Below, in pieces: positions 9,966 through 18,690 of a stretch of DNA of 64,000 bases (position 1 is its first letter; each line of letters starts with the position of its first letter). A program made the position numbers and the translations under genes. The stretch lies in the IMG/VR virus record IMGVR_UViG_2829740473_000003, positions 3,016 to 67,015 of that record; one strand, 5' to 3'. The notes below the pieces were generated by a model. That model worked only from the letters and a program-made list of their open reading frames with translations. It did no database searches and was not told the DNA's origin. This DNA is from a virus (lineage: Duplodnaviria > Caudoviricetes).

Positions 9966-12449
9966 TCAGCCCCTCCGCGTCGGCGCCGGGCCGACACCGT
10001 TGCGGGACTTTGTCACCTTGTCGAAGCCACCATTCGCATAGTCCTTCTTGACCGCATTCAGGACCAGACGAAGCACGGGCTGGCCGTTCTGGCCGCGGGC
10101 CATCTCAGCTTTACCCGTGGCCTCGACGCCGGTCTGGTTGACGATCTGCACCTCGGGCACGCCGAGAGCCAAAGCGCCGCCGCTCCCGCCGCCGACCGAG
10201 CCACCGGCTGCGAGGCCAGGGACCGCCATCCGCCCGGAGTTGATCGCCTCCAGGAGACCGCCATAGCGCTTCGCCATCGCGGCGCGGACCACGAACTCGC
10301 CATTGGAGAGCGCGAACAGCCCAGCACGGTCAGAAGTCCCGGAGCCCGGGCCCACCACCCGGCCGCCGGTTGCGGCGTGGCCGATTCCTCCCGACCCGAA
10401 AGAGCCGCTTGACGCCCCCGAGGAGAACAAGCCGCCCCAGTTGAAGCCGCCGGCGTTCAGCGCGCTCATCAGGGCATTGATCAGCTGGTCCTCGATCTTG
10501 GAGATGATCTTGTTGAGGACGTTCATCGCGGCGTTTCCGAACGCCTGCCAGAAGGTCTGCCCCTGCTGAAGCCCGGTGCGCAGGTCATCGAGGAAGCCCT
10601 TCAGCGTGTCGGAGACGAAGCTGAAAGCCTCCTTCGCCTTCTTCGCAGCGACCTCAAGCTTGCCGATCTCTGCCGCCTTGGCCGCGATCTGCGCCTTCTG
10701 CTGGGCAGAGAGGGAGATGTCCTTCTCATTCGCCTGGTTGAGAAGATCCTGCTGCGCCTTCAGCGTCGCGGCGGCCTGCTCGGACATGCCGACGGCGGCG
10801 ATCTCAGCCTTTAGCGATGCGATGTGCCGATCCGCGCCCGCGATGATGTCCGCATAGGCCTTCTTGGCCTTGTCATCGACTTCGGCGAGGCCCGCCGCCC
10901 ACTCCTTCAGCTTTGCCGATGCGGCAGATGCGCCCTTGGAGATGGCCCCGCCGATCTTACCGAGGTAGTCGGTATTCAGCTCTTTCTGCTGCTGCGCGCC
11001 CCGGGCATTGCCGGCCGCTTCATTAGCGGCAGCGTAGGGATTGGCGATCTGCCCGAAGCTGACCTTGCCCATTTCCCCAATCTGGATGCCGCCAGGCAGG
11101 TTGGAGAGCGCTTCATTCACCTTCGCGATGAAACTGTTGAGCAGCGCTCCACCGGCATTGATCATGGTCTCCATGGCCTTCAAGACGGCATTCGCCGCCC
11201 CGATCGCCGCTCCGCCCATGATCGAAGGAAAGTTGGTCCAGAGGAACTTGATGTCGTTGAAGGCCGCGACGAACGACCCGATGATGTAGTTGACCCCCTT
11301 TTTCGCCGCGCCGACGATATCGACGCCGAAGATGCGGGTGATATCCTTCTGAAAGGCGTTGAGGGCGGTGAGCGCCACGGCGATGCCGAGCACGAGCGCC
11401 CCGAACGGGTTCGCCGCAGCTGCGGCCACCGCCATTGTGCCCAGCACCACCACAAGGCGGGCGATCGCCGCGACCACTGCCACAATGCCGGAGATGATCT
11501 GCGGCGCGTAGATGAGCGCGAGGCCGGCGGCAGCGGCAGCGGCATAGGGCGCGATGGTGGGCAGGATTTTCGCGAACCCGTACAGCGCGGCCTGCGCCAC
11601 CTTGATCCAGTTCACCAGCTGGATAATGCCGGCGACGAGGGCGGTGATCGAAATGATGATCAACGCGACCGGCGAGAAGACGACGGCGAACGCGGATCCG
11701 AGGAGCGCCAACGTGCTCGCGCTCTTACCGCCCTCGGCCGCCATGTTCGAAAAGACCATGGCCATCTGCGTGCCCTGTTGCAGGGCAACCTGGATAGGGT
11801 TCTGGCCGCCAGCGGCCGAGACGGCCACGTCCTGAAACTGAGCCGCGAGGTTGGCCGCGTGGTGAGACCCGACCTTCGCTGCCGCGGAATTGTCGTTGAC
11901 CGCGTTGGTCAGCCGGGTATTCGCGTTGGCGGCTTTGGTTGCGGCCGTCGCCTGCCCTTCGATGGCGCGCTCGGCTTGCCCAGAGACTTGGGCGAGATCC
12001 ATCAGGGCGGCTTCGACGCTGCCAACGGCCGCCGAGAGTGCCGCGTTGCTGTTCGCGGCCTTCCCCATTGCGTTTCCGGTGCGCTGCACGGCGGCAGATG
12101 CGGACTGGGCAGCGGTCTCAATCTTCCCGAACGACACGGAGACACTGGACGCGCTGATCGCCATGGTCTCCGTCTTCGCGGCCGCAGCGGCGGAGGCGGC
12201 ACCCATCCCGTCCATCTTCGCGCTCGCCGCCGCCAGTCCGGCGGACATGCGTCCAATCGCGCCTTCCACGTCCCGAACGGCGGTCTCGATCGCCATGAGG
12301 AGGCGTTCAAGTCGAGCGAAGGCGTTCTTGAGCCCGCCCCCAGCCTTCTCGGCCTTGTTGGAGGCGTTCGAGAGCTCATCAAGGGCCGTCGCGCCCTTGC
12401 GGACCTCTGAACTATCGACGCTAAGCCCAAGGCGTGCGACGTCGGCCAT
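9966..12449 (-). CDS. Tail tape measure protein (lambda-like)
   Basis: Likely start MADVARLGLSVD; Ala-rich coiled coil; NLAAQFQDVAV..QNPIQVALQQGTQ motif; C-terminal A.GG motifs. Confidence 0.9.
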   Translation of the reverse strand: MADVARLGLSVDSSEVRKGATALDELSNASNKAEKAGGGLKNAFARLERLLMAIETAVRDVEGAIGRMSAGLAAASAKMDGMGAASAAAAAKTETMAISASSVSVSFGKIETAAQSASAAVQRTGNAMGKAANSNAALSAAVGSVEAALMDLAQVSGQAERAIEGQATAATKAANANTRLTNAVNDNSAAAKVGSHHAANLAAQFQDVAVSAAGGQNPIQVALQQGTQMAMVFSNMAAEGGKSASTLALLGSAFAVVFSPVALIIISITALVAGIIQLVNWIKVAQAALYGFAKILPTIAPYAAAAAAGLALIYAPQIISGIVAVVAAIARLVVVLGTMAVAAAAANPFGALVLGIAVALTALNAFQKDITRIFGVDIVGAAKKGVNYIIGSFVAAFNDIKFLWTNFPSIMGGAAIGAANAVLKAMETMINAGGALLNSFIAKVNEALSNLPGGIQIGEMGKVSFGQIANPYAAANEAAGNARGAQQQKELNTDYLGKIGGAISKGASAASAKLKEWAAGLAEVDDKAKKAYADIIAGADRHIASLKAEIAAVGMSEQAAATLKAQQDLLNQANEKDISLSAQQKAQIAAKAAEIGKLEVAAKKAKEAFSFVSDTLKGFLDDLRTGLQQGQTFWQAFGNAAMNVLNKIISKIEDQLINALMSALNAGGFNWGGLFSSGASSGSFGSGGIGHAATGGRVVGPGSGTSDRAGLFALSNGEFVVRAAMAKRYGGLLEAINSGRMAVPGLAAGGSVGGGSGGALALGVPEVQIVNQTGVEATGKAEMARGQNGQPVLRLVLNAVKKDYANGGFDKVTKSRNGVGPAPTRRG

Positions 12450-12451
12450 GG

Positions 12452-12772
12452 CTATTTTTTCCTGCCGCTTGCCTTGGGGGGAGTTTTCGGAGCGGGCTTT
12501 CGCAAAGCGTCGCGCCAAGCCCGCCATTCCTCGACGCCGGTCATAAAGCCCGCGTCCATCTGCCGGAGGATGGCGATTTCCTCGCGGCTGACCACTTCAC
12601 CCGTCAGGGCGATCCATGCTTGGATTTCGGCGAACCCGAGGGGAAGAGGTCCCGCCATGCCCTGCTGGCGGGATGAGGAGAGAGACCAGAACCATTCCGC
12701 GAGGTGTTCAGCGCCTTCCGGAACCTCAGCGTCGGGGATGGTGTCTCCGCGGCCGAAGCGCTCGGCGCGCAC
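12452..12772 (-). CDS. Tail assembly chaperone C-terminal part (gpT-like), expressed via -1 frameshift from the upstream gene
   Basis: The -1 frame is open from the slippery site at 12856-12862 through this ORF; WF..LS..R..G..PL...EI.AW motif. Confidence 0.8.
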   Translation of the reverse strand: MRAERFGRGDTIPDAEVPEGAEHLAEWFWSLSSSRQQGMAGPLPLGFAEIQAWIALTGEVVSREEIAILRQMDAGFMTGVEEWRAWRDALRKPAPKTPPKASGRKK

Positions 12773-12834
12773 AGCCCGGGTGTCCCCGTCCTCGTCCTTC
12801 GTGTTGAACAGGACGAAGACGCGGACATACTCGG

Positions 12835-13221
12835 CTAGGCACTCTCCGAGGTCCCGAAAAAAGCCGCTTCATCCCCGAGTGCAGTGTCGATCTGCTTGGC
12901 GACCCACGGCACCGAGAGGAGCTTGGCCTTGTTCTCGGAGGTCAACGGAGGAGCAGACAGGGAACCGAGCGTCAGGCCTTCGGCCCACGACCAGCCGACG
13001 ATGGAGGCCGCCAGGAGGGCAACGGTGTTCTTCTCCATCTTCTCCGCGGTCATGGCGTTGCGCCCCGACTTGAGGGCCGCGTTTTTGATCTGCCGCTCCA
13101 CGGCTTTGACCGCATCGCTTTCGAGGGACACGCATTCGACCGACAGGCCGATGGGCGCGCCCGTCTTGGGATGGGTGATCTCCACCGTGATGGTGTTTGG
13201 CTGGATCGCGAGAATATCCAC
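12835..13221 (-). CDS. Tail assembly chaperone (gpG-like)
   Basis: Lies between tail tube and tape measure; ends EAAFFGTSESA with a slippery heptamer. Confidence 0.8.
   Translation of the reverse strand: MDILAIQPNTITVEITHPKTGAPIGLSVECVSLESDAVKAVERQIKNAALKSGRNAMTAEKMEKNTVALLAASIVGWSWAEGLTLGSLSAPPLTSENKAKLLSVPWVAKQIDTALGDEAAFFGTSESA
12856..12862 (-). other. Programmed -1 ribosomal frameshift site T-TTT-TTC
   Basis: GCT TTT TTC in frame; -1 frame reads FRDLGECLAEYVRVF..RAVRAERFG with no stop. Confidence 0.8.
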
Positions 13222-13233
13222 GAAGTGCTCCTA

Positions 13234-13719
13234 TCAGGAAAGGGCCGCTTCGACCGTGACCGGGAGCTGATTGAAGCCCACCGTATAGGTCTCGGTCACG
13301 AAGTCTTCGACGCCCCCGCCGTTCAGGACCGGCCCGGTGATGATCCCGGCGCAGTAGACAACCGTGTTGTCGTAGGCGTCAGATGGCGCGTCGGAGAATT
13401 CGATCTTGATCGCGTAGTTGAACTTGGTGAGCGCCGCGGCGCGCATCGCGACCTGACCGGCGTCATCGAACAGCCGGGCCACCTCAATATCGAGGTTGCC
13501 TGCGTCCGTGATGCCCTTGGCCTTCTGCGTCACCTCATCGGCGAAGGTGTCGTAGTTGACGATGTTGGTGTCCGCACCGAAGTCGCCGCGATTGCCGACG
13601 CCCTTGATCTCGACGTAGGTGAGCGCCTGAAATGCCGCCTGGTTGAGCGGCAGCGCGGTCTGCTCCGTCGCGCAAACATAGATCTTGGTGCCGGCGTTGG
13701 TGAACTTCTGACCCGCCAT
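13234..13719 (-). CDS. Major tail tube protein
   Basis: EIKGVGNRGDFG..KAKG..DAG..D.GQ..RAA motif; position upstream of the chaperones. Confidence 0.85.
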   Translation of the reverse strand: MAGQKFTNAGTKIYVCATEQTALPLNQAAFQALTYVEIKGVGNRGDFGADTNIVNYDTFADEVTQKAKGITDAGNLDIEVARLFDDAGQVAMRAAALTKFNYAIKIEFSDAPSDAYDNTVVYCAGIITGPVLNGGGVEDFVTETYTVGFNQLPVTVEAALS

Positions 13720-13731
13720 GAGAACCTCCTG

Positions 13732-14145
13732 TTAAGCCCTCCAGCGGGCCGTCACTGGTACTTTCAGATAGATGCCGTCCTTGAACGGCGTCGCGATGCC
13801 GGGCGGGGTATAAATGCGCACCGTCGTGCTCCCGCTCGACAGGCGCGTACCCTCCGCGAAATGAGCGGCCACCAGACCGGCGACTTCCAGCGCAGGCGCT
13901 TCACCGGCCCCAAGGGGGGCGCCCACCGTCACCTGCATGAGCCCCAAGCGATCGGCGCGGCCGTGAAAGGCCATCTCGCCCTTGTTCGTCGCGCTCATCA
14001 TGGGCCACGCCTCAAGCCACATGCCCGAGGCGGGCGGGGTGAAGTCGACCATGGGCCAAGCGATCGGGAGTGCCGGAGACAGGCTCAGGCCGGCCAAGTG
14101 CCCGTTCAGCAGGTCGAAGATGATCGCTTCCGGCTGTGTGGACAT
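13732..14145 (-). CDS. Tail terminator-like protein (DUF4128-like)
   Basis: IAWP..F.PP..WL..GLMQV..P.G.G motif; position before the tail tube. Confidence 0.7.
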   Translation of the reverse strand: MSTQPEAIIFDLLNGHLAGLSLSPALPIAWPMVDFTPPASGMWLEAWPMMSATNKGEMAFHGRADRLGLMQVTVGAPLGAGEAPALEVAGLVAAHFAEGTRLSSGSTTVRIYTPPGIATPFKDGIYLKVPVTARWRA

Positions 14146-14162
14146 TCGGCTACCGTGCCCCG

Positions 14163-14348
14163 ATGCGACTGACCGACGAAGAGGCCCACCAGCGGCTTGT
14201 GGCGGCCCGTGAGGCCCTTGGCGATGATGCCGGTGAAAGCGTGCACGCCAACGCGGCCCTTGAGGCGGCGAGGCGCGCGCTGGTGATGTTTCAGCTGGCC
14301 CTCGTCGCGGCCATGGAGAAGGTCAGGACGCCCGAAGGCGAGCGGTGA
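14163..14348 (+). CDS. Small hypothetical protein (61 aa), antisense insert in the tail operon
   Basis: ATG at 14163 (MRLTDEEAHQRL); helical Ala/Glu-rich ORF filling the gap between two minus-strand tail genes. Confidence 0.45.
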   Translation: MRLTDEEAHQRLVAAREALGDDAGESVHANAALEAARRALVMFQLALVAAMEKVRTPEGER

Positions 14349-14754
14349 CGTTCCCCACGATGGTAGGCCACTGCTGCGCAGCCCTTTCGACGAACTGGCG
14401 CGGCGCCATGCGCCCGGTGCCATAGTTCACGTACCCGGCGTAGTTGGCGGTGTATCCCGCGACAATGGTGTCTCCCAGCGCCGCGCCCGCGATCACCATG
14501 TCCACAGGGCGCGGGGAGAAACCTGCGCCACCGGGGTTCTTTCGGTTGGTGGCTGGCAACTCGGTGTTGATGGACACCACGAGAGATGCGCGAAGGAAGC
14601 CGGTGTCTACGGGCATGTTGCCGCCCCCACCGACTGGCGTCTGCATTGCCTCGATCACGTCGGAAGCCGCCGTCTTGAACACCGCCTCCATCCGCTCGCG
14701 GGTCTGCCGTGTCCATTCGTCCACCTGAGCGGCAAAGCCAAGGCGAGGCATCAT
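14323..14754 (-). CDS. HK97 gp10-like tail completion protein
   Basis: PVDTGFLRAS..YAGYVNYGT..APRQFV motif. Confidence 0.85.
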   Translation of the reverse strand: MMPRLGFAAQVDEWTRQTRERMEAVFKTAASDVIEAMQTPVGGGGNMPVDTGFLRASLVVSINTELPATNRKNPGGAGFSPRPVDMVIAGAALGDTIVAGYTANYAGYVNYGTGRMAPRQFVERAAQQWPTIVGNVTARLRAS

Positions 14755-14765
14755 ACACCCTTATG

Positions 14766-14787
14766 AAAAAGCCCCCCGTTGAGGGGC
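14766..14787 (-). terminator. Intrinsic terminator in the sense direction of the late operon
   Basis: Minus strand GCCCC-TCAACGG-GGGGC-TTTTT, just upstream of the gp10-like gene. Confidence 0.6.
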
Positions 14788-14865
14788 GATGGGCGACGAC
14801 TCGGCGGCTACACCTCGGCTTCAAGCGGTGGTAGCGTGCCGGAATGTCAACCAATGGGGGAAGAG

Positions 14866-15330
14866 ATGAAATTTGTGAGAGGGCTGCTCAGGTTTGTGGT
14901 GGGCGGCGTCTTCGGTGTGATTGCCGCCTTCGCGCTGATCCCCGCCTTCGCAGCTGTGTTCCCTTCAAAGGACGGAAGTGTCACTGGCGCAGGCCTGACG
15001 CTTGCAGTGGTCGTCGTGGGCGCATTGTTGGGGCTGTTTGCTCCGTCAATCCGCAGGGCTTTCGGTCGCGGGTTCCTGTTGGCAGGCGTCGCGGTCCTCG
15101 CTCTGCCATTGTCCGCTTTCATGCTTTCCGCCCGGACCGCCCATGAGGTGGTGACGTCGTCCGACAAGATGGAACAGGCCGGGCAAGCCTTGGGGGCCGG
15201 GCTGGCTGGTGCGGCATTCACCGGCGTTGCCGCTTTCATCGGCCTGATCGGCGGGGGCATCCTCATCATTATCGGGCTGGTCCTGGCACTTGGCGGCCGC
15301 CGTGAAGTCATCATCGTCGAGCGGCGATAG
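14866..15330 (+). CDS. Multi-pass membrane protein (moron)
   Basis: About four hydrophobic segments; opposite strand, inserted between the head morphogenesis and tail completion genes. Confidence 0.75.
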   Translation: MKFVRGLLRFVVGGVFGVIAAFALIPAFAAVFPSKDGSVTGAGLTLAVVVVGALLGLFAPSIRRAFGRGFLLAGVAVLALPLSAFMLSARTAHEVVTSSDKMEQAGQALGAGLAGAAFTGVAAFIGLIGGGILIIIGLVLALGGRREVIIVERR

Positions 15331-15335
15331 GCGCC

Positions 15336-16361
15336 TCACTTAACCCCTTTGAGGAAGTCCATCTTCACGTCCATGTGGCACCGGCACATGACCGTCTCCG
15401 ACGACGGCGCCATGGGATCATGCGGGTAGCGCAGAAGCGCGCCCGAGGGCGAGACAAAGGCCTCCTCGAAAGCCACCTGCTGGCCGTTCAGCCGACGGTG
15501 GGTGTGGCGGACCCGCTCATCCATGGCGGAACGCCACACCTTCGTCAGCTGCTCGACCCTCACCTGCCCCTTGGCGATGGCCTGCCGCCACCCCTGCATC
15601 TGGCTCTCGTGAAGCGCCGAAAGCGCCTCGGTTCTGCCGATCGCCTCCGCGCGGTACTTCAGCGCGCTGTTCAGGTAGGCCGTGACCATCTTGTCGATCT
15701 TGTCCGCCGGGATCGGTTTGCCCTCCCGGATCGCCTTCTCGACTGTCCGGTCATAGCGCTTGTCGCGCAGCCCCATGGCAAGGGCCTCGCGCATCTGTGC
15801 CGGGTCTCCAGATCGCAGGCGGGCTTCGTAGGAGGCCACCCATTTCACCTGGGACGAGGTGAGGCCGATCAATCCGCCCTCGCGGCGGCCCGTAGCCGGG
15901 TTGATGCGGCCCGTCAGGTCCAAGGCTACCGTGCGCGGGTTCTCGCCCTTCTCAATGCCCTCGACGATGCGCTGCCGCACCATTTCGCGGGTGTCGCGCT
16001 CGATCTCGGCCACTAGGTCGGCGCCAAACTCTCGAAGCCAGCGCTCGGCTTCCAGGTTGCGGGTATCGAACTGCACCTTGAGCAAGAACCCGTCAGGATC
16101 CCGAGTGGCAGGGATCTGGCCGGTCGTAAGCTTGCCGCCCGCCTCGAAAGCCTGAGCAATCCCGGCATCCAAGGCCCGGAACGCAACCGGGTCGAGCCCG
16201 ACCGCCCTCAGCGCACCGTCCACGTCTCCCCGTTCGAGCATCTTGACGAGAAGCTCGATCTGCACCCGGTCGCGAGAGGCATAGACCGCCTCCAGAAAGG
16301 CGCGGGACAGCTTCGGCGCCCACACCTCTACCAGTTGCTCAATCGAGCCATTGGAGGCCAT
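15336..16361 (-). CDS. Head morphogenesis protein (Mu gpF / SPP1 gp7-like)
   Basis: RAEAIGRTE..KVW..DERVRHTH..LNGQ..F..P..LRYP.DP..CRC motif. Confidence 0.85.
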   Translation of the reverse strand: MASNGSIEQLVEVWAPKLSRAFLEAVYASRDRVQIELLVKMLERGDVDGALRAVGLDPVAFRALDAGIAQAFEAGGKLTTGQIPATRDPDGFLLKVQFDTRNLEAERWLREFGADLVAEIERDTREMVRQRIVEGIEKGENPRTVALDLTGRINPATGRREGGLIGLTSSQVKWVASYEARLRSGDPAQMREALAMGLRDKRYDRTVEKAIREGKPIPADKIDKMVTAYLNSALKYRAEAIGRTEALSALHESQMQGWRQAIAKGQVRVEQLTKVWRSAMDERVRHTHRRLNGQQVAFEEAFVSPSGALLRYPHDPMAPSSETVMCRCHMDVKMDFLKGVK

Positions 16362-16366
16362 CGGGA

Positions 16367-16876
16367 TCAGGCCGTGCGGGCGAGAACCGCCAGCTGGTAG
16401 GTGTTGGAAGCGCCCGAGCTATTGGTGACGCGCAGGATGTCACCGGTGGACGCAGTGACGGTCGCGATGCCGGTCGCATCTGGGTTCATGAGCAGGAACA
16501 CGCCGCCCGGCTTCACCACATGGCCGGCGGCGGTGAAACCCGGCACGCCGCTGGTGCTGCCGCCGATGGTGAGGTTGGTGATGTTGGCCGTCCCGTCCTT
16601 CTTCTTGTTCACGATCAGAACGGCGACAAGTTCGGCCGCGGTGATGGTCACGCCGAGGGCGTCCACCAGCACGCCGGCCAGGTCCACGTCATCGTTGGAG
16701 GCGCTCGCGACGGTGCGCTCAGCCATGTAGATCCGGTCCACCTTCTCGGCCGTGACGCCGTCGGCGAAGGACTGGACCAGATCGATCACGCCATCCCAGT
16801 AGGGTCCGGCGTTGAAGGCATTGCTGCCTTTGAGGTTCGCGGCGAGGTGCAGACTGAGCTTGGCAGAGACGGTCAT
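16367..16876 (-). CDS. Hypothetical beta-rich phage protein, probably a virion component
   Basis: 169 aa, 1-nt gap after the peptidase gene, inside the structural operon. Confidence 0.65.
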   Translation of the reverse strand: MTVSAKLSLHLAANLKGSNAFNAGPYWDGVIDLVQSFADGVTAEKVDRIYMAERTVASASNDDVDLAGVLVDALGVTITAAELVAVLIVNKKKDGTANITNLTIGGSTSGVPGFTAAGHVVKPGGVFLLMNPDATGIATVTASTGDILRVTNSSGASNTYQLAVLARTA

Positions 16877-16877
16877 A

Positions 16878-17318
16878 TCAATCCTCCTGAAGAGTCAAAA
16901 CGTCGACACCCGATCCGCTCCACACGTCGCATTGGCAGGCGATTTCAACGGCGGCCACGGCACTGGCGCCCGCCATGAGCGCGCCGATGGCGTATTCGGA
17001 ACCGCTCCCGATCGCGAAGAAGGCCCCATCGAGAGGCCCCGCAAATGCCTCGCCGTCCTTGAAATAGAAGACGTCGCCGTTTGGCAGCACCAAGAGCGCT
17101 TGCACATTCATGCCCGGCGGATAGGCACCGGCTGGACCTTGCTCTTCAACCAGTCGCCGAAATCGCTCCGACGTGCCGGGGTTCGGGGTACTCGCTCCGA
17201 TGAGAGAACCGTCGGCAAGACGCGCGATCTTCGTCTTGGCCCCGATCGGCAGCTTCTCACCGGCAAAGGCCCTGCGGTCGGCGGCCAGCACCCCGTCACG
17301 GAAGACGATGGTCGTCAC
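16878..17318 (-). CDS. HslV/proteasome beta-like Ntn (Thr) peptidase
   Basis: GTG start overlapping the upstream TGA gives an N-terminus (M)TTIV; LAAD, TKI, AIGSGS..A.GAL and D..SG motifs. Confidence 0.75.
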   Translation of the reverse strand: MTTIVFRDGVLAADRRAFAGEKLPIGAKTKIARLADGSLIGASTPNPGTSERFRRLVEEQGPAGAYPPGMNVQALLVLPNGDVFYFKDGEAFAGPLDGAFFAIGSGSEYAIGALMAGASAVAAVEIACQCDVWSGSGVDVLTLQED

Positions 17319-17689
17319 CTGCGCCCCCGGCATACCCAGACGGCTTGGGCTGGGTCGGTTTCCACGGCCGGCGCCGAGCCCCCATCCGAGACGATCGTGT
17401 AGGTCGATCCCTGCACCGTCACCCGATCGCCCACGGCAGGCACCACAGCGATCGTGGATGCCAGGATCAGCAGCCTCGCGTCATTCGCCGCTACCATGCC
17501 GTTGGCGACGTGATAGGCGCTCCAGGTGTCCGGGAGCGCCTTGCAGGCGTGCTCCGTCGTCGTGATCGCGCCCGGGGTCCAGTCGTTCTCGCCTGCCGCG
17601 CGCGCGTCTCGCGCCAGCGTTGCGGGATAGAAGACGCCCGACATGGCCTTGCCGATGGTCGCGGCGACCTTGGATAGGGGCGACGCCAT
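17315..17689 (-). CDS. Head closure / head-tail adaptor protein
   Basis: Position after the connector; VPAVGDRV..Y.IV..DPA..W.C motif. Confidence 0.65.
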   Translation of the reverse strand: MASPLSKVAATIGKAMSGVFYPATLARDARAAGENDWTPGAITTTEHACKALPDTWSAYHVANGMVAANDARLLILASTIAVVPAVGDRVTVQGSTYTIVSDGGSAPAVETDPAQAVWVCRGRR

Positions 17690-18201
17690 CAGCAGCGCAC
17701 CGCAGTGCCGAACATGACCGATGCCGGCCGGAGCAGGCGCGCGACGGCATGATCGATATCCTGAAAGACCGTCGCTGCAGGCGCGGTTCCGGCATACTCG
17801 ATTTCGACGCTGCCAGCCTTTATGCGGCTGATGGCCCCTCCCCGATCGAGGTCGGGAGCCAGTGTCCCTGGCTCAAGCGCCTCGCGATATGCGCCTTCGC
17901 AGGTCGCACGCACGATCTCGGCCGGGACTTCGCCGAAAGGCAGGATCCATCCCTCCGCGTCAACCGCGTCGACGCGGGGCCATTCAAGGGCCTGGCTGCG
18001 CTGGCGACGGCGACAGCCGGGGAACCGCCCACGGTACCGCGCATCGACATAGGCTGTGGCCTTGCGGATAGCCCGCTCGATTGCATCCGACCCGGGGAGA
18101 GTGGTCCCATAATAGTTTGCGACCCACTCGGCGAAAGCGGCGGCCGAGACATAGGCGTCAGCCGCGGCGAGGCCTTCGCCTGTTTCCACCGTGAGGGCCA
18201 T
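17689..18201 (-). CDS. Head-tail connector (DnaT-like domain family)
   Basis: MALTVETGEG..ADAYVS..RKAT.Y.D..QALEWPR..P.EI..A motif. Confidence 0.8.
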   Translation of the reverse strand: MALTVETGEGLAAADAYVSAAAFAEWVANYYGTTLPGSDAIERAIRKATAYVDARYRGRFPGCRRRQRSQALEWPRVDAVDAEGWILPFGEVPAEIVRATCEGAYREALEPGTLAPDLDRGGAISRIKAGSVEIEYAGTAPAATVFQDIDHAVARLLRPASVMFGTAVRC

Positions 18202-18211
18202 GATGATCTCC

Positions 18212-18634
18212 TCAGGCCGCCGACCGGCTCGCGAGCGCCGCCGCGATCACTGCATCCGCCGCTTCGGTCTGGGTCTGGCCGGCCGCCGGATCAAGCGTGG
18301 CATCCCCGTTCAGCTTCTCCGCCAGCGCCACGCGCTGCTTCCAGTGGAGGGACTTCCAGTCGGCCGGAATTTCGATCGACACAGGGCCGGGCGTGCCCTG
18401 CTGGGCGGCAACGGCCGCGGCAACTTCCTCGGCGGTGCTGCGAGAGATGTAGCCCGCCGCAACGAACTCGGCGACGGTCGGGCCGTCGGAGCGCAGGCCC
18501 GGCTCGGCCGCCTTCCCCGCCTCACGGTCGAACAGGACATGAACCGCCGGGTCATACTCCGCGGCCGGGATGTTCTTGTAGCCGGCCCGGAGGTTCTCCG
18601 GGCACACGATGCTGACGGTCTTCGCTGGTTCCAT
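18212..18634 (-). CDS. Hypothetical protein downstream of the major capsid gene
   Basis: Start MEPAKTVSIV; RSDGPT and IPADW..L.W motifs of a type seen in capsid-adjacent proteins. Confidence 0.65.
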   Translation of the reverse strand: MEPAKTVSIVCPENLRAGYKNIPAAEYDPAVHVLFDREAGKAAEPGLRSDGPTVAEFVAAGYISRSTAEEVAAAVAAQQGTPGPVSIEIPADWKSLHWKQRVALAEKLNGDATLDPAAGQTQTEAADAVIAAALASRSAA

Positions 18635-18690
18635 GTCGATCTCCGAGTGAGCTTTGTGACGGGGCCGCCGGAGCGGTCCCGCTTCAAAGA

